32,000 bases of DNA, from contig NC_009664.2 of NCBI RefSeq assembly GCF_000017305.1, positions 4,590,001-4,622,000 of the forward strand, given 5' to 3'. Both the position numbers and the translations under genes were made by a program. The notes below the pieces were generated by a model. The model did no database searches. It saw only the letters and a list, made by a program, of their open reading frames with translations, and had not been told where the DNA came from. This DNA is from Kineococcus radiotolerans SRS30216 = ATCC BAA-149 (GTDB lineage Bacteria; Actinomycetota; Actinomycetes; Actinomycetales; Kineococcaceae). This document shows positions 24,800 through 31,822 of this stretch, in pieces (within the stretch, counting starts at the first letter, position 1; each line of letters starts with the position of its first letter).

Positions 24800-25419
24800 G
24801 GATGCTGCCCTTCGGATGCGTGCAGGCGGCCAGCGGCGGGATGGTCGGCCAAGGCGGTGCGCAGGCGGGTGCGGGCCCGGTGCAGGCGGGTCTTGGCGGC
24901 CCCGGGGGTGAGGTCGAGAAGGTCCGCGGCCTCCGTGAGGGCGTACTCCTCCAGCACCACCAGCGTGATGAGCTGCAGGTCGACCGGCTTCAGTGACCGC
25001 AGCGCGCGTGTGAGTTCCTCATCGCCGAAGTCAGCGATGCCGGCGAAGTCGCTGGGGGCGGTGTGAGCTGTACGGGCCGCCTCGCTAGCGTCGGGAGTGC
25101 TGTCCTGGCGGGGCAGACGCTGCAGCAGGTCACGGTAGCGGCGGGTGCTGCGCTGGGTGTTGCGGGCGAGGTTGGTGGCGGTGACGAGCAGCCAGGGCAG
25201 AACGCTGTCGTGGACGAGGCGGACGTGCTCACGTCGCCGCCACAGTTCGAGGAAGGCAGCCGCGGTGACGTCGTCGGCGTCGGTGCTGCTACCGGTCGGG
25301 ACCAGGCGCAGGGTGTGGCGGTAGACACGGGCGTGGTGACGGTCGAAGAGGACCCCGAAAGCGTCGCTGTCTCCGCGCAGGCTGGCGGCCCAATGCTCGC
25401 CGTCGGTTGCGGTGTCCAC
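24796..25419 (-). CDS. ECF-type RNA polymerase sigma-70 family factor
   Basis: GTG at 25419. Region 2-like DADDVTAAAFLELWRRREH. Region 4 HTH-like LTEAADLLDLTPGAAKTRLHRARTRLR. Confidence 0.9.
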   Translation of the reverse strand: MDTATDGEHWAASLRGDSDAFGVLFDRHHARVYRHTLRLVPTGSSTDADDVTAAAFLELWRRREHVRLVHDSVLPWLLVTATNLARNTQRSTRRYRDLLQRLPRQDSTPDASEAARTAHTAPSDFAGIADFGDEELTRALRSLKPVDLQLITLVVLEEYALTEAADLLDLTPGAAKTRLHRARTRLRTALADHPAAGRLHASEGQHP

Positions 25420-25554
25420 GCCCTCTAGTGTCCGTAGGGGCCTGGATGGTTACAGGGGTGGGCCACCAATCTGGCGTGGAGGCGCCCGTCCCTGGTGCAC
25501 CCGCTGCTCGGCGCCACCCTGATGCCGCTGGCCACCAGCGACCGCCCGGACCGC

Positions 25555-25624
25555 GGGATGACCGTGCGCTCTCCCACCGCGGGATGACCGTGCGCCCTCG
25601 CACCGCGGGATGACTGCACACTCA
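25555..25624 (+). repeat. three tandem copies of the intergenic repeat (26-nt period)
   Basis: ACCGC-GGGATGACCGTGCGCTCTCCC / ACCGC-GGGATGACCGTGCGCCCTCGC / ACCGC-GGGATGACTGCACACTCA, with cores at 25555, 25581 and 25607. Ends 10 nt from the stop at 25635. Confidence 0.9.
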
Positions 25625-25634
25625 CGGCTGAAGG

Positions 25635-26162
25635 TCATGTCTGCACAGACGGTGTGCTGGCTTCGTCATCGAGGGTCATGAACCGGTCCGGGTCAGGTCG
25701 CTTGTCCAAGGTGTCCAGGGTCATGGAGGACAGGAGCTCATGGGCGTACTCGATGATCTGGCGCCTGCTCTGGTCGTGGTCGATCTCCCAGGAGTACTCC
25801 CAGTCGGTGGCTTCGTTGAGCAGGCCGTTGAGCTCTTCAGGGTCACCGAGGCTGCTGGAGATGCCCCAGATGAGCTCAGCTCCCTCCTCCGGGCTGATGA
25901 GGCCCTCGACGATGGAGCGGGCGTGGGTGTGGGCCATCACCCACAGCGCCTGGTGGTCGCTGAGCTGGGGGGCGCCGAGCTCGTCGAGGGCGGTGGTGAG
26001 CAGGTCGCGGCGGGCGCGGGGGTCTTGCGGGGCGCCGGCGAGTTCGCGCAAGGCGGGGGAGTCGTAGCCGCGGGCCAAGGCGTGGGCGGCCCAGTCGGGC
26101 ATCTGCTCGGGGGGCAGGTCGCCGAGGTGGGCGCGGGCTCGGGCGCGGTAGAGCGGGTCCAC
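25635..26162 (-). CDS. hypothetical protein; intact paralog of the IS-disrupted gene at 16156..16356
   Basis: 175 aa, GTG start. The N-terminal about 65 aa align with the 16356 fragment. Confidence 0.7.
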   Translation of the reverse strand: MDPLYRARARAHLGDLPPEQMPDWAAHALARGYDSPALRELAGAPQDPRARRDLLTTALDELGAPQLSDHQALWVMAHTHARSIVEGLISPEEGAELIWGISSSLGDPEELNGLLNEATDWEYSWEIDHDQSRRQIIEYAHELLSSMTLDTLDKRPDPDRFMTLDDEASTPSVQT

Positions 26163-26254
26163 GGTCTCAGTGTCGCCGAGCCGGCAGGTGCGGGGAGGTC
26201 CTTCTGGGGAGTCGGTGACGCTGCAGCGGTGGGAGCGTCACGTCACACCACCGC

Positions 26255-26272
26255 GGGATGACTGGAAGCTCG
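26255..26272 (+). repeat. GGGATGACC-core intergenic repeat (GGGATGACT variant)
   Basis: CACCACCGC-GGGATGACTGGAAGCTCG, in a divergent intergenic gap. Confidence 0.8.
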
Positions 26273-26773
26273 CCGCAGGTGCTGCGGGTGAGCGAGGATC
26301 CTCGAGTGCCTGATGCGCCGCTTCACGTCCGCGCGCGGGTGCGCCACGAGCCGGACCGCTCCTACGCGGTGCTGGTTGAGGGCCCTGAGGGGGAGGTGCT
26401 GGTGGGCACCACCCGCCGCACCGGTGAGGTGCTGTCGGTGGGACGTGAGGGCGCAGCCCGGGTGTTCGCGGTGGCGGTGGGGCAGATCGCGCGGGACTTC
26501 GACGTAGCGTTCCCGCGCCCGCCCTATGGGCGTGATGGGCAGTGGGTGCGCATCGTCGCGGTGGAGGATTCGAGCGAGGCTGAGGAGGTGGAGATGCTGG
26601 GGGTTGCGGGGCAGGCGCACTGGTTCGGGGCGGAGGCGGCGTGGTTCGTGACGGTGCCCGGGTACGGCACGGGCATCTACCCCGGTGAGCTGCTGGACTT
26701 CGAGGCGGTGATCAGTGCGGAAGAGGAAGCGGCGCTGCGGGCCTACACCAGCGGGGGCGCTGACCGGTCCTGA
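26258..26773 (+). CDS. hypothetical protein
   Basis: High-GC3 ORF. The first in-frame start is the ATG inside the repeat (26258). GTG 26279 or 26288 are equally possible. Confidence 0.65.
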   Translation: MTGSSPQVLRVSEDPRVPDAPLHVRARVRHEPDRSYAVLVEGPEGEVLVGTTRRTGEVLSVGREGAARVFAVAVGQIARDFDVAFPRPPYGRDGQWVRIVAVEDSSEAEEVEMLGVAGQAHWFGAEAAWFVTVPGYGTGIYPGELLDFEAVISAEEEAALRAYTSGGADRS

Positions 26774-26807
26774 CCCATCCTAATCCGTCTCCATCCGTCT
26801 CCATCCG

Positions 26808-26825
26808 TCCTGACCGTGCATGGCT
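26808..26825 (+). repeat. degenerate copy of the intergenic repeat
   Basis: TCCTGACCGTGCATGGCT retains TGACCGTG. Preceded by a small 10-bp tandem ATCCGTCTCC x2.8 (26786-26809). Confidence 0.4.
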
Positions 26826-26988
26826 GAGCGGTAGACCGCCCACGGCGCCAGGGCCACGGAGGTGCTGGACATGGGGAACCACCCCGTCCGCTGCAGCGAT
26901 TGATGGGCCGAGGACGTGGTGGTGCCCGTTGTGGGCTGGTGGGGTCGTACTGCGGGCCCCAGCATGCTGCTCGATCTAGCGTGGCGGG

Positions 26989-27363
26989 GTGACCGCTCTC
27001 CCCGACGATGCGCGAGGCCTCAGCGATGACGAGGCCGGCGTCCTGCAGCTGCTGCTGCGCGCGGACTTCCCCGGTGCGGTGCAGCTGCGGGCGCAGGCCG
27101 TGCACCTGCTCGCCGCGCGTGGCTGTACCTGTCCCTGCGGAAGCATCGATTTGTTCGTCACCGATCCGGCTGCTCCTCGGGCGTTAACGGTGGGCTGCAC
27201 GCCAGTGGAGGCCAGCTTCGACGCCGGTCAGGTGGGCCCCTGCTCTGTTGTGCTCTTCGTGCGTGATGGGCTTCTGGACCGGTTGGAGGTCGTCTACTAC
27301 GACGACCCGCTGGCGATGCCGAGTCCGGAGCAGATTGCGTCGATCTCGGTGCGACGTGCCTGA
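26989..27363 (+). CDS. hypothetical protein
   Basis: 124 aa, GTG start, high GC3. No family recognised. Confidence 0.6.
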   Translation: MTALPDDARGLSDDEAGVLQLLLRADFPGAVQLRAQAVHLLAARGCTCPCGSIDLFVTDPAAPRALTVGCTPVEASFDAGQVGPCSVVLFVRDGLLDRLEVVYYDDPLAMPSPEQIASISVRRA

Positions 27364-27443
27364 TGCGGGGTTGCCCGGTGGGAGATGGTCGTCTGCTTGC
27401 GTCGTGTTGGCGCTGTCCTTGAGGCCCTGATCGCGCACAACGC

Positions 27444-27461
27444 GGGATGACCGGACGGTTC
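27444..27461 (+). repeat. GGGATGACC-core intergenic repeat
   Basis: GCGCACAACGC-GGGATGACCGGACGGTTC. Confidence 0.9.
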
Positions 27462-27507
27462 ATCACCGGCGGTGCGTTGCAGAGGTCACGCTAGGCGTGA
27501 GGACGCG

Positions 27508-27726
27508 TCAGTTGGTCAGCCCCGCGTAGATGAACGCTGCTCCACCCGCCATCATCACGACACCGCCGCCTCGTTGGTAGGCACGGTGGTTGCCGGCCGC
27601 AGGTTCCCGATTTTGATGATCTTCGTAGAGCTTGAACCGGGACTTGTCGAGGAGCCCTACCGCTCCGGCCAGGCCGAGCAGGACGAGCAGCACCCCGATG
27701 ATGACCAGAGGGACACCTTTCAACAT
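27508..27726 (-). CDS. small membrane protein, hypothetical
   Basis: ATG at 27726 preceded by AGGACGAGGA. 72 aa. TM segments VPLVIIGVLLVLLGLAGAVGLL and VVMMAGGAAFIYAGL. Confidence 0.5.
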   Translation of the reverse strand: MLKGVPLVIIGVLLVLLGLAGAVGLLDKSRFKLYEDHQNREPAAGNHRAYQRGGGVVMMAGGAAFIYAGLTN

Positions 27727-27978
27727 TGCTTCGTCCTCGTCCTTCGTCGTTCGCGGCACCTGTGACGGTGAGAATGCCGAGCCGAGCCGCGTCTTGCTTC
27801 CTGAGTCCCCGGATGGGCCAGCGTCCGCGCCTCGGCGTAGCGGCGGGTGCTCTGTCCGTGAGCAGTGGCGGGTACGGCGTCGGCTTGACAGGGTGACGTG
27901 CTGGATCGCCGAACCAGCATCCGGCCGTGCAGGGCCCGTGTGGAGCCCGTGCGAGCGCTCGGCCGGCGGTGAGGTCGC

Positions 27979-28080
27979 CTACTTGCGGGTGGAGCGCCGG
28001 ATCATGAGGCCCACTACCAGGATGACGACGACCAGCACCAGCCAGACCGGGAAGGGAAGAGACCCACCACCTGTACCCAT
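27979..28080 (-). CDS. possible 33-aa single-TM micropeptide (speculative)
   Basis: ATG 28080 to TAG 27979 encodes MGTGGGSLPFPVWLVLVVVILVVGLMIRRSTRK. Below the ORF-track size cut-off. Only a weak RBS. Confidence 0.25.
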   Translation of the reverse strand: MGTGGGSLPFPVWLVLVVVILVVGLMIRRSTRK

Positions 28081-28296
28081 GGGTGGTGTCTACCTTGTGG
28101 GCGGGTCGGGGGCGCCCCGACGTCACACGTACGGCGGCAAGATCAGCCAGTGTCGGCCTGCGCGTCTGCTGACCGGGCGTCTTTCGCGAGCTACCGCATC
28201 TCAGCGACGTCCGGGTGATCCACGGGTTCCGCGACCACTGGGTCCTTAGCAGCTGAGTGAAGTCGCCCCCCCCGCCGGCGACAGTGCGCACAACGG

Positions 28297-28314
28297 GGGA
28301 TGACCGCGACGTCA
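28297..28314 (+). repeat. GGGATGACC-core intergenic repeat
   Basis: GCGCACAACGG-GGGATGACCGCGACGTCA. Lies 9 nt from the stop at 28324. Degenerate copies at 28166-28183 and 28213-28230. Confidence 0.9.
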
Positions 28315-28323
28315 CAGGTGTGG

Positions 28324-28896
28324 CTACTGGTCGTAGCCGCTGCCGTGAGCGAGGAGGGCACCGTCGGCTGCCACCGCACGCCAGCTGCTGTCCTTCACGG
28401 CCCACTCGCTGGCCTCGTCCAGGAGGGCAGGGGTCCACCAGATCCCGCCGGTGGCGGGGGCGTAGTGCTCGATTCCGTCGGGTGTGCGCACGAGGACGAC
28501 GGCGACGTCGGCGCGGGCGTAGCCGAAGAAGTGGCTGACCCCTCCGCCCGGTGCACCGGAGACTTCCGGATGACGCCAGGTGGCGGCTACGTCGTCGGCG
28601 GGTGCGGTGATCGTGGTGGTGAAGTAGCCGTGGCTGGCGCGGGTGCGCTGACTGGCGGTGAAGTACGTCGTCGCCGCGTTCGGTGCGCGGACACCCAACG
28701 CATCGGCGTAGGAGGTGCGGGCGGCGTAGACCGCGCGTAGGCCGGCGGGTGCGGGTGTCGCTAGCGGGCGGAAAGTGTCGTCTGCTGCTGCTGCTGCTTG
28801 GCGCAGGTGGGAGTTGGCGGCGGCGTGGAAGCAGCCGAGGATGGACTGCTCGGACACCGTTGCTAGGTCCAGCAGTCGGGGTGTCCTGAAGTCCAC
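28324..28896 (-). CDS. hypothetical protein
   Basis: 190 aa, GTG start, high GC3. No family recognised. Confidence 0.65.
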   Translation of the reverse strand: MDFRTPRLLDLATVSEQSILGCFHAAANSHLRQAAAAADDTFRPLATPAPAGLRAVYAARTSYADALGVRAPNAATTYFTASQRTRASHGYFTTTITAPADDVAATWRHPEVSGAPGGGVSHFFGYARADVAVVLVRTPDGIEHYAPATGGIWWTPALLDEASEWAVKDSSWRAVAADGALLAHGSGYDQ

Positions 28897-28992
28897 GGTG
28901 CGACCCTAGGACGGCGTGACCGAGACCCCTAGGATCACTCGCTCTTTGGCACGAGCGCGACGTCGCGACCCGTCGCTGACGGACCGGATCGC

Positions 28993-29010
28993 GGGATGAC
29001 CGGGCGTTCT
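28993..29010 (+). repeat. GGGATGACC-core intergenic repeat
   Basis: CCGGATCGC-GGGATGACCGGGCGTTCT. Lies 19 nt from the stop at 29030. Confidence 0.9.
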
Positions 29011-29029
29011 TCGTGGTGGGCTGTTCGGC

Positions 29030-29611
29030 TCAGAGCAGGGGAAGGACGGTGGAACTGAGGTTGTCCAAGCCATTGAGGGTGAGGTCGCTGCTGGTCTCGG
29101 GTAGGCCCCCTTGGGGCCAGGAGAGGGTGATGCGCAGCATGCCGTCGCGGGGGAGCTCGCCGATCCAGTAGGCGGCGTCTCGGGCCCACACCTGCTCGTC
29201 GTCGGATGCGTGCAGGGCGCCGGTGGTGGTGGCGACCCCGCGAAGGCCGTTCACCTCTACGACCACCCGCGGCTCCGAGTAGGGGGTGCTGCTCGCCTCT
29301 GCTGCCCGTTCGTCTGCTGGTGTCCTGAACGTGCCTTGCCGTGCGGCGAAAGTTCCTGGGGCGGGGGCGGGGGCGGGGGCGGGGGCCACGGAGGGGTAAC
29401 GGCGGATCTTGCCGTAGGACCAGGCTGCGGCGTCGTGGGCGCGCTCACCGTGGGCGCGGAAGGTCAGGGGTAGGTGCAGGCCGCTGGGGTGGGCGTAGAT
29501 GCAGCGCAGGCCGGCGCTGATGCCGGGGGCTTGGGCCAGTATGTGGGGGCCGTGGGCGAGGGCGCCCAGTTCGTGGGGTGGACGTTGGGCGGGCCACTCA
29601 TGCTTGGTCAT
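29030..29611 (-). CDS. hypothetical protein with an (AP)n linker
   Basis: ATG at 29611, 193 aa. GGGGGC hexamer run at about 29358-29386 encodes APAPAPAPAP. Confidence 0.6.
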   Translation of the reverse strand: MTKHEWPAQRPPHELGALAHGPHILAQAPGISAGLRCIYAHPSGLHLPLTFRAHGERAHDAAAWSYGKIRRYPSVAPAPAPAPAPGTFAARQGTFRTPADERAAEASSTPYSEPRVVVEVNGLRGVATTTGALHASDDEQVWARDAAYWIGELPRDGMLRITLSWPQGGLPETSSDLTLNGLDNLSSTVLPLL

Positions 29612-29658
29612 GGCTTGAGCATGGCCCTGATCATCTTCACCCGTCGCGCCACCATTGC

Positions 29659-29676
29659 GGGATGACCGTGAAGTCG
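29659..29676 (+). repeat. GGGATGACC-core intergenic repeat
   Basis: GGGATGACCGTGAAGTCG. GATCATC arm at 29629-29635. Confidence 0.9.
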
Positions 29677-29852
29677 GGGTGTTGTCGCCTCCGGGCGTGC
29701 AGCCACGCCGCCCCGTGGGGCAGGGTGAGGTCGTGTCCTTGACCCTGCCCGCGGGAGAGCCCGCTGCCGGCCCGTGGTGAGCCGCGCCTGAAGAAGAGCT
29801 CGTCCGCCTGCTGCTGCATGCGGCCGGGACGCCGACGGGACGGCCCCGGGTC

Positions 29853-30401
29853 GTGGCCGTGGACGGTCGTGGCGCGTCGGGGAAGTCCACGCTGGCCGAG
29901 CGCCTGCGCCGGAGGGTGAGCCGGTCGGTGGTCGTCCACACCGACGACGTCGCCTGGTACGAGTCCTTCTTCGGGTGGGGAGGTCTGCTGGCGGAGCACG
30001 TCCTGCGCCCCGTGCGCGGCGGGGAGGCGGTGTACTTCCGTCCGCCGGCGTGGACGAGGGAGGGACGAGAGGGAGCGATCGAGGTCCCTTCCGGCCTGGA
30101 CCTCGTCATCGTCGAGGGCGTCGGAGCCGCTCAACGGGAGCTGGCCGATGTCATCGATGCCACGGTGTGGGTGCAGTCCGACTTCGCTCAGGCCGAGGAG
30201 CGGGGCATTGCCCGTGACAGCGCGCTGGGCGTCAACGGGGATCCGGTGGAGACCGTTGCATTCTGGCATGAGTGGATGGCCGAGGAGTTGCGCTTCCTGC
30301 AGCAGCAGCGGCCGTGGGAACGGGCCTGTCTGATCGTCGCCGGAACCCCGCTCATCCCGTTGGACGATAACCAGGTCGCTGTCGCATCCGGCCCCCTGTG
30401 A
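29853..30401 (+). CDS. P-loop NTPase / uridine-kinase-like kinase
   Basis: Walker A GRGASGKST and Walker B-like LVIVEGVG. The first canonical start is GTG 29853, but the frame is open and protein-like from 29781. Confidence 0.75.
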   Translation: MAVDGRGASGKSTLAERLRRRVSRSVVVHTDDVAWYESFFGWGGLLAEHVLRPVRGGEAVYFRPPAWTREGREGAIEVPSGLDLVIVEGVGAAQRELADVIDATVWVQSDFAQAEERGIARDSALGVNGDPVETVAFWHEWMAEELRFLQQQRPWERACLIVAGTPLIPLDDNQVAVASGPL

Positions 30402-30461
30402 ACCACGCGGCCATCGACAGGTCAGGACGTTCAGGGCCGGCCATGATCGCGCGCTGAGTGC

Positions 30462-30479
30462 GGGATGACCGGATGTTGG
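30462..30479 (+). repeat. GGGATGACC-core intergenic repeat
   Basis: GGGATGACCGGATGTTGG. Lies 60 nt after the stop at 30401. Confidence 0.9.
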
Positions 30480-30587
30480 TGGGGGCGCGATCGCACCGCC
30501 CCTGCCACCCTGCAGGCGGGGACCGATGAGGTTAAACGACATGGGCAGTCTGCCCGTCACCACCACATCAACCCCCAGGAGTTCGAC

Positions 30588-30875
30588 ATGATCATCGTCG
30601 CTGGTCACCTCGGCGTCGCCCACGAGGAGCGCGAGGCGTACTTGGCTGGCTGCTGTGACGTGGTGCAGCGGGCTCGGGGTGCTGAGGGCTGCCTGGATTT
30701 CACCATCGCAGCGGACCTCGTGGACGCCGGTCGGATCAACGTCTTCGAGCGTTGGGCGTCGCAGGCAGCCGTGGAGGCCTTCCGTGGCAGCGGTCCGAGC
30801 GAGGAGCAGGGCGCGGCGATCCGGTCGGCCTCGGTGGCCGAGTACGACGTGTCCAGGGCACGCTTCTTGACGTGA
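30588..30875 (+). CDS. ABM-domain (antibiotic biosynthesis monooxygenase-like) protein
   Basis: ATG at 30588 preceded by CAGGAG. 95 aa. MIIVAGHLGV...CLDFTIAADLVDAGRINVFERWASQAAVEAF is typical of the ABM fold. Confidence 0.75.
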   Translation: MIIVAGHLGVAHEEREAYLAGCCDVVQRARGAEGCLDFTIAADLVDAGRINVFERWASQAAVEAFRGSGPSEEQGAAIRSASVAEYDVSRARFLT

Positions 30876-30949
30876 CGGCGTGCGCGTGGCCCACGCGGGC
30901 ATCGGCGAGACCGTGACGTCCCGGGCGGCGGCGAAAGCGCGCACAACGC

Positions 30950-30967
30950 GGGATGACCGGACATTCC
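30950..30967 (+). repeat. GGGATGACC-core intergenic repeat
   Basis: GCGCACAACGC-GGGATGACCGGACATTCC. Degenerate copy GCGAGACCGTGACGTCC at 30905-30921. Confidence 0.9.
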
Positions 30968-31029
30968 CCGTGCTGGTCCAGGCGCCGTTTCCCCAGCCGG
31001 AGGACGGCTGCCACGGTGGAGGGGTAAGC

Positions 31030-31701
31030 ATGCACAGCGAGGACTCCTTCCGATCCCGGCCTTTGAACGGCCTCCCGCTGCCGGCCTCGACCGCGGCCGC
31101 CGTGGAGTCGTTGCTGCCTCCGCGCGGGCGTCCTACCCGAGGTCCGGGCGAGCGGGGCCGGCTGGGGCACTTCGAGCCGATCCCGGAAGAAGCCGCAGCT
31201 GAGTGGCTGGGCTTCGCCCCGCCCACCTTGCCCAGCCTGAGCGGGTCCGGGTTCCGTCGGCACTTCGCACGCCAAGGTGGGCGCGACCTCGTCGCGCGGG
31301 CGGACCTGACTCGTGGGGAGAGTGCCGCGGTCTACGTCTTCTACTTGCCGGCGGGCTCGGCGTGGCGGGAGGAGACGAGGTTCGTCGAAGCACGCCGGGA
31401 GGGTCTGACGTTCTTGTGGCTGCGGGCGGGGTACGGGGTGCCCTGGCCTGAGGAGGAAGGAGGACCGGTGGGAGTGGAGGAGACCGCGACCATTGGTCGT
31501 GACCCTGCCAGTGGTGACTTCCTCACGCTGACGGTGGGCAGCACCCGGGTCGGGGTCCAGTACCAGCGAGGGGTGACTCGCCTGGCGTGGTCGTACCGTT
31601 CCCAGGACGCCGACTTCAACGTCACGGTGATGAGTGGGCGCTCACCGCGGGCGTCGGTGGAGATGCTGGTGAGCGACCGCGGCGCGCTCTACCTGGGCTG
31701 A
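31030..31701 (+). CDS. hypothetical protein
   Basis: ATG at 31030 preceded by GGAGGGG. 223 aa, high GC3. Confidence 0.65.
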   Translation: MHSEDSFRSRPLNGLPLPASTAAAVESLLPPRGRPTRGPGERGRLGHFEPIPEEAAAEWLGFAPPTLPSLSGSGFRRHFARQGGRDLVARADLTRGESAAVYVFYLPAGSAWREETRFVEARREGLTFLWLRAGYGVPWPEEEGGPVGVEETATIGRDPASGDFLTLTVGSTRVGVQYQRGVTRLAWSYRSQDADFNVTVMSGRSPRASVEMLVSDRGALYLG

Positions 31702-31761
31702 GACATGCTCCCTGCGTGAGGAGCTGTCGCATCACCGGTCACCGGAACCCGCCCAAATTGC

Positions 31762-31779
31762 GGGATGACCGTGAACTAG
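31762..31779 (+). repeat. GGGATGACC-core intergenic repeat
   Basis: GGGATGACCGTGAACTAG. Lies 60 nt after the stop at 31701. Confidence 0.9.
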
Positions 31780-31822
31780 CTCGACGAGGTCCAACTCCTC
31801 CTGCACGCGGCATGATGCGGTG

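Noticed and set aside
29358-29386. Short in-gene tandem repeats (GGGGGC run at 29358-29386; 12-bp repeat at 24668-24715; 15-bp repeat at 21297-21350; GGTCGT x3.7 at 3677-3699)
   Set aside because: The first three are in frame and encode low-complexity linkers ((AP)n, DASH repeats, VNDI repeats). The last is a trivial hexamer run. No evidence of function beyond possible length polymorphism.
29637-31226. Very long ORFs rich in Arg/Pro/Gly/Ala (for example 29637..31226 -, 10684..12384 +, 27491..28438 -, 12915..13802 -, 5190..6089 -, 14..640 -)
   Set aside because: These are typical shadow ORFs of 70% GC DNA. They have low-complexity composition, lie antisense or out of frame to ORFs with clear domains or better codon bias, and have no RBS or family features.
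868-31779. CRISPR array as an explanation of the recurring repeat
   Set aside because: Spacing is 0.03-2.7 kb and irregular. The intervals contain full genes. The repeats are only about 60-90% identical to one another.
868-31779. Canonical integron (intI plus attC) annotation
   Set aside because: No integrase gene is present in the window. I see no GTTRRRY / RYYYAAC ends. Cassette genes point both ways and have long 5' regions. Only the overall architecture is integron-like, so it is reported as a hypothesis, not a feature call.
868-31779. The repeat as a conserved coding segment (it appears as RDDREV, GMTVKS, VIPRC or SSRDP in many track ORFs)
   Set aside because: It occurs in all reading frames of spurious high-GC ORFs. 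It always lies between the well-supported genes, apart from the copy at 26255 that supplies the first in-frame ATG of ORF 26258. No consistent frame or ORF is associated with it.
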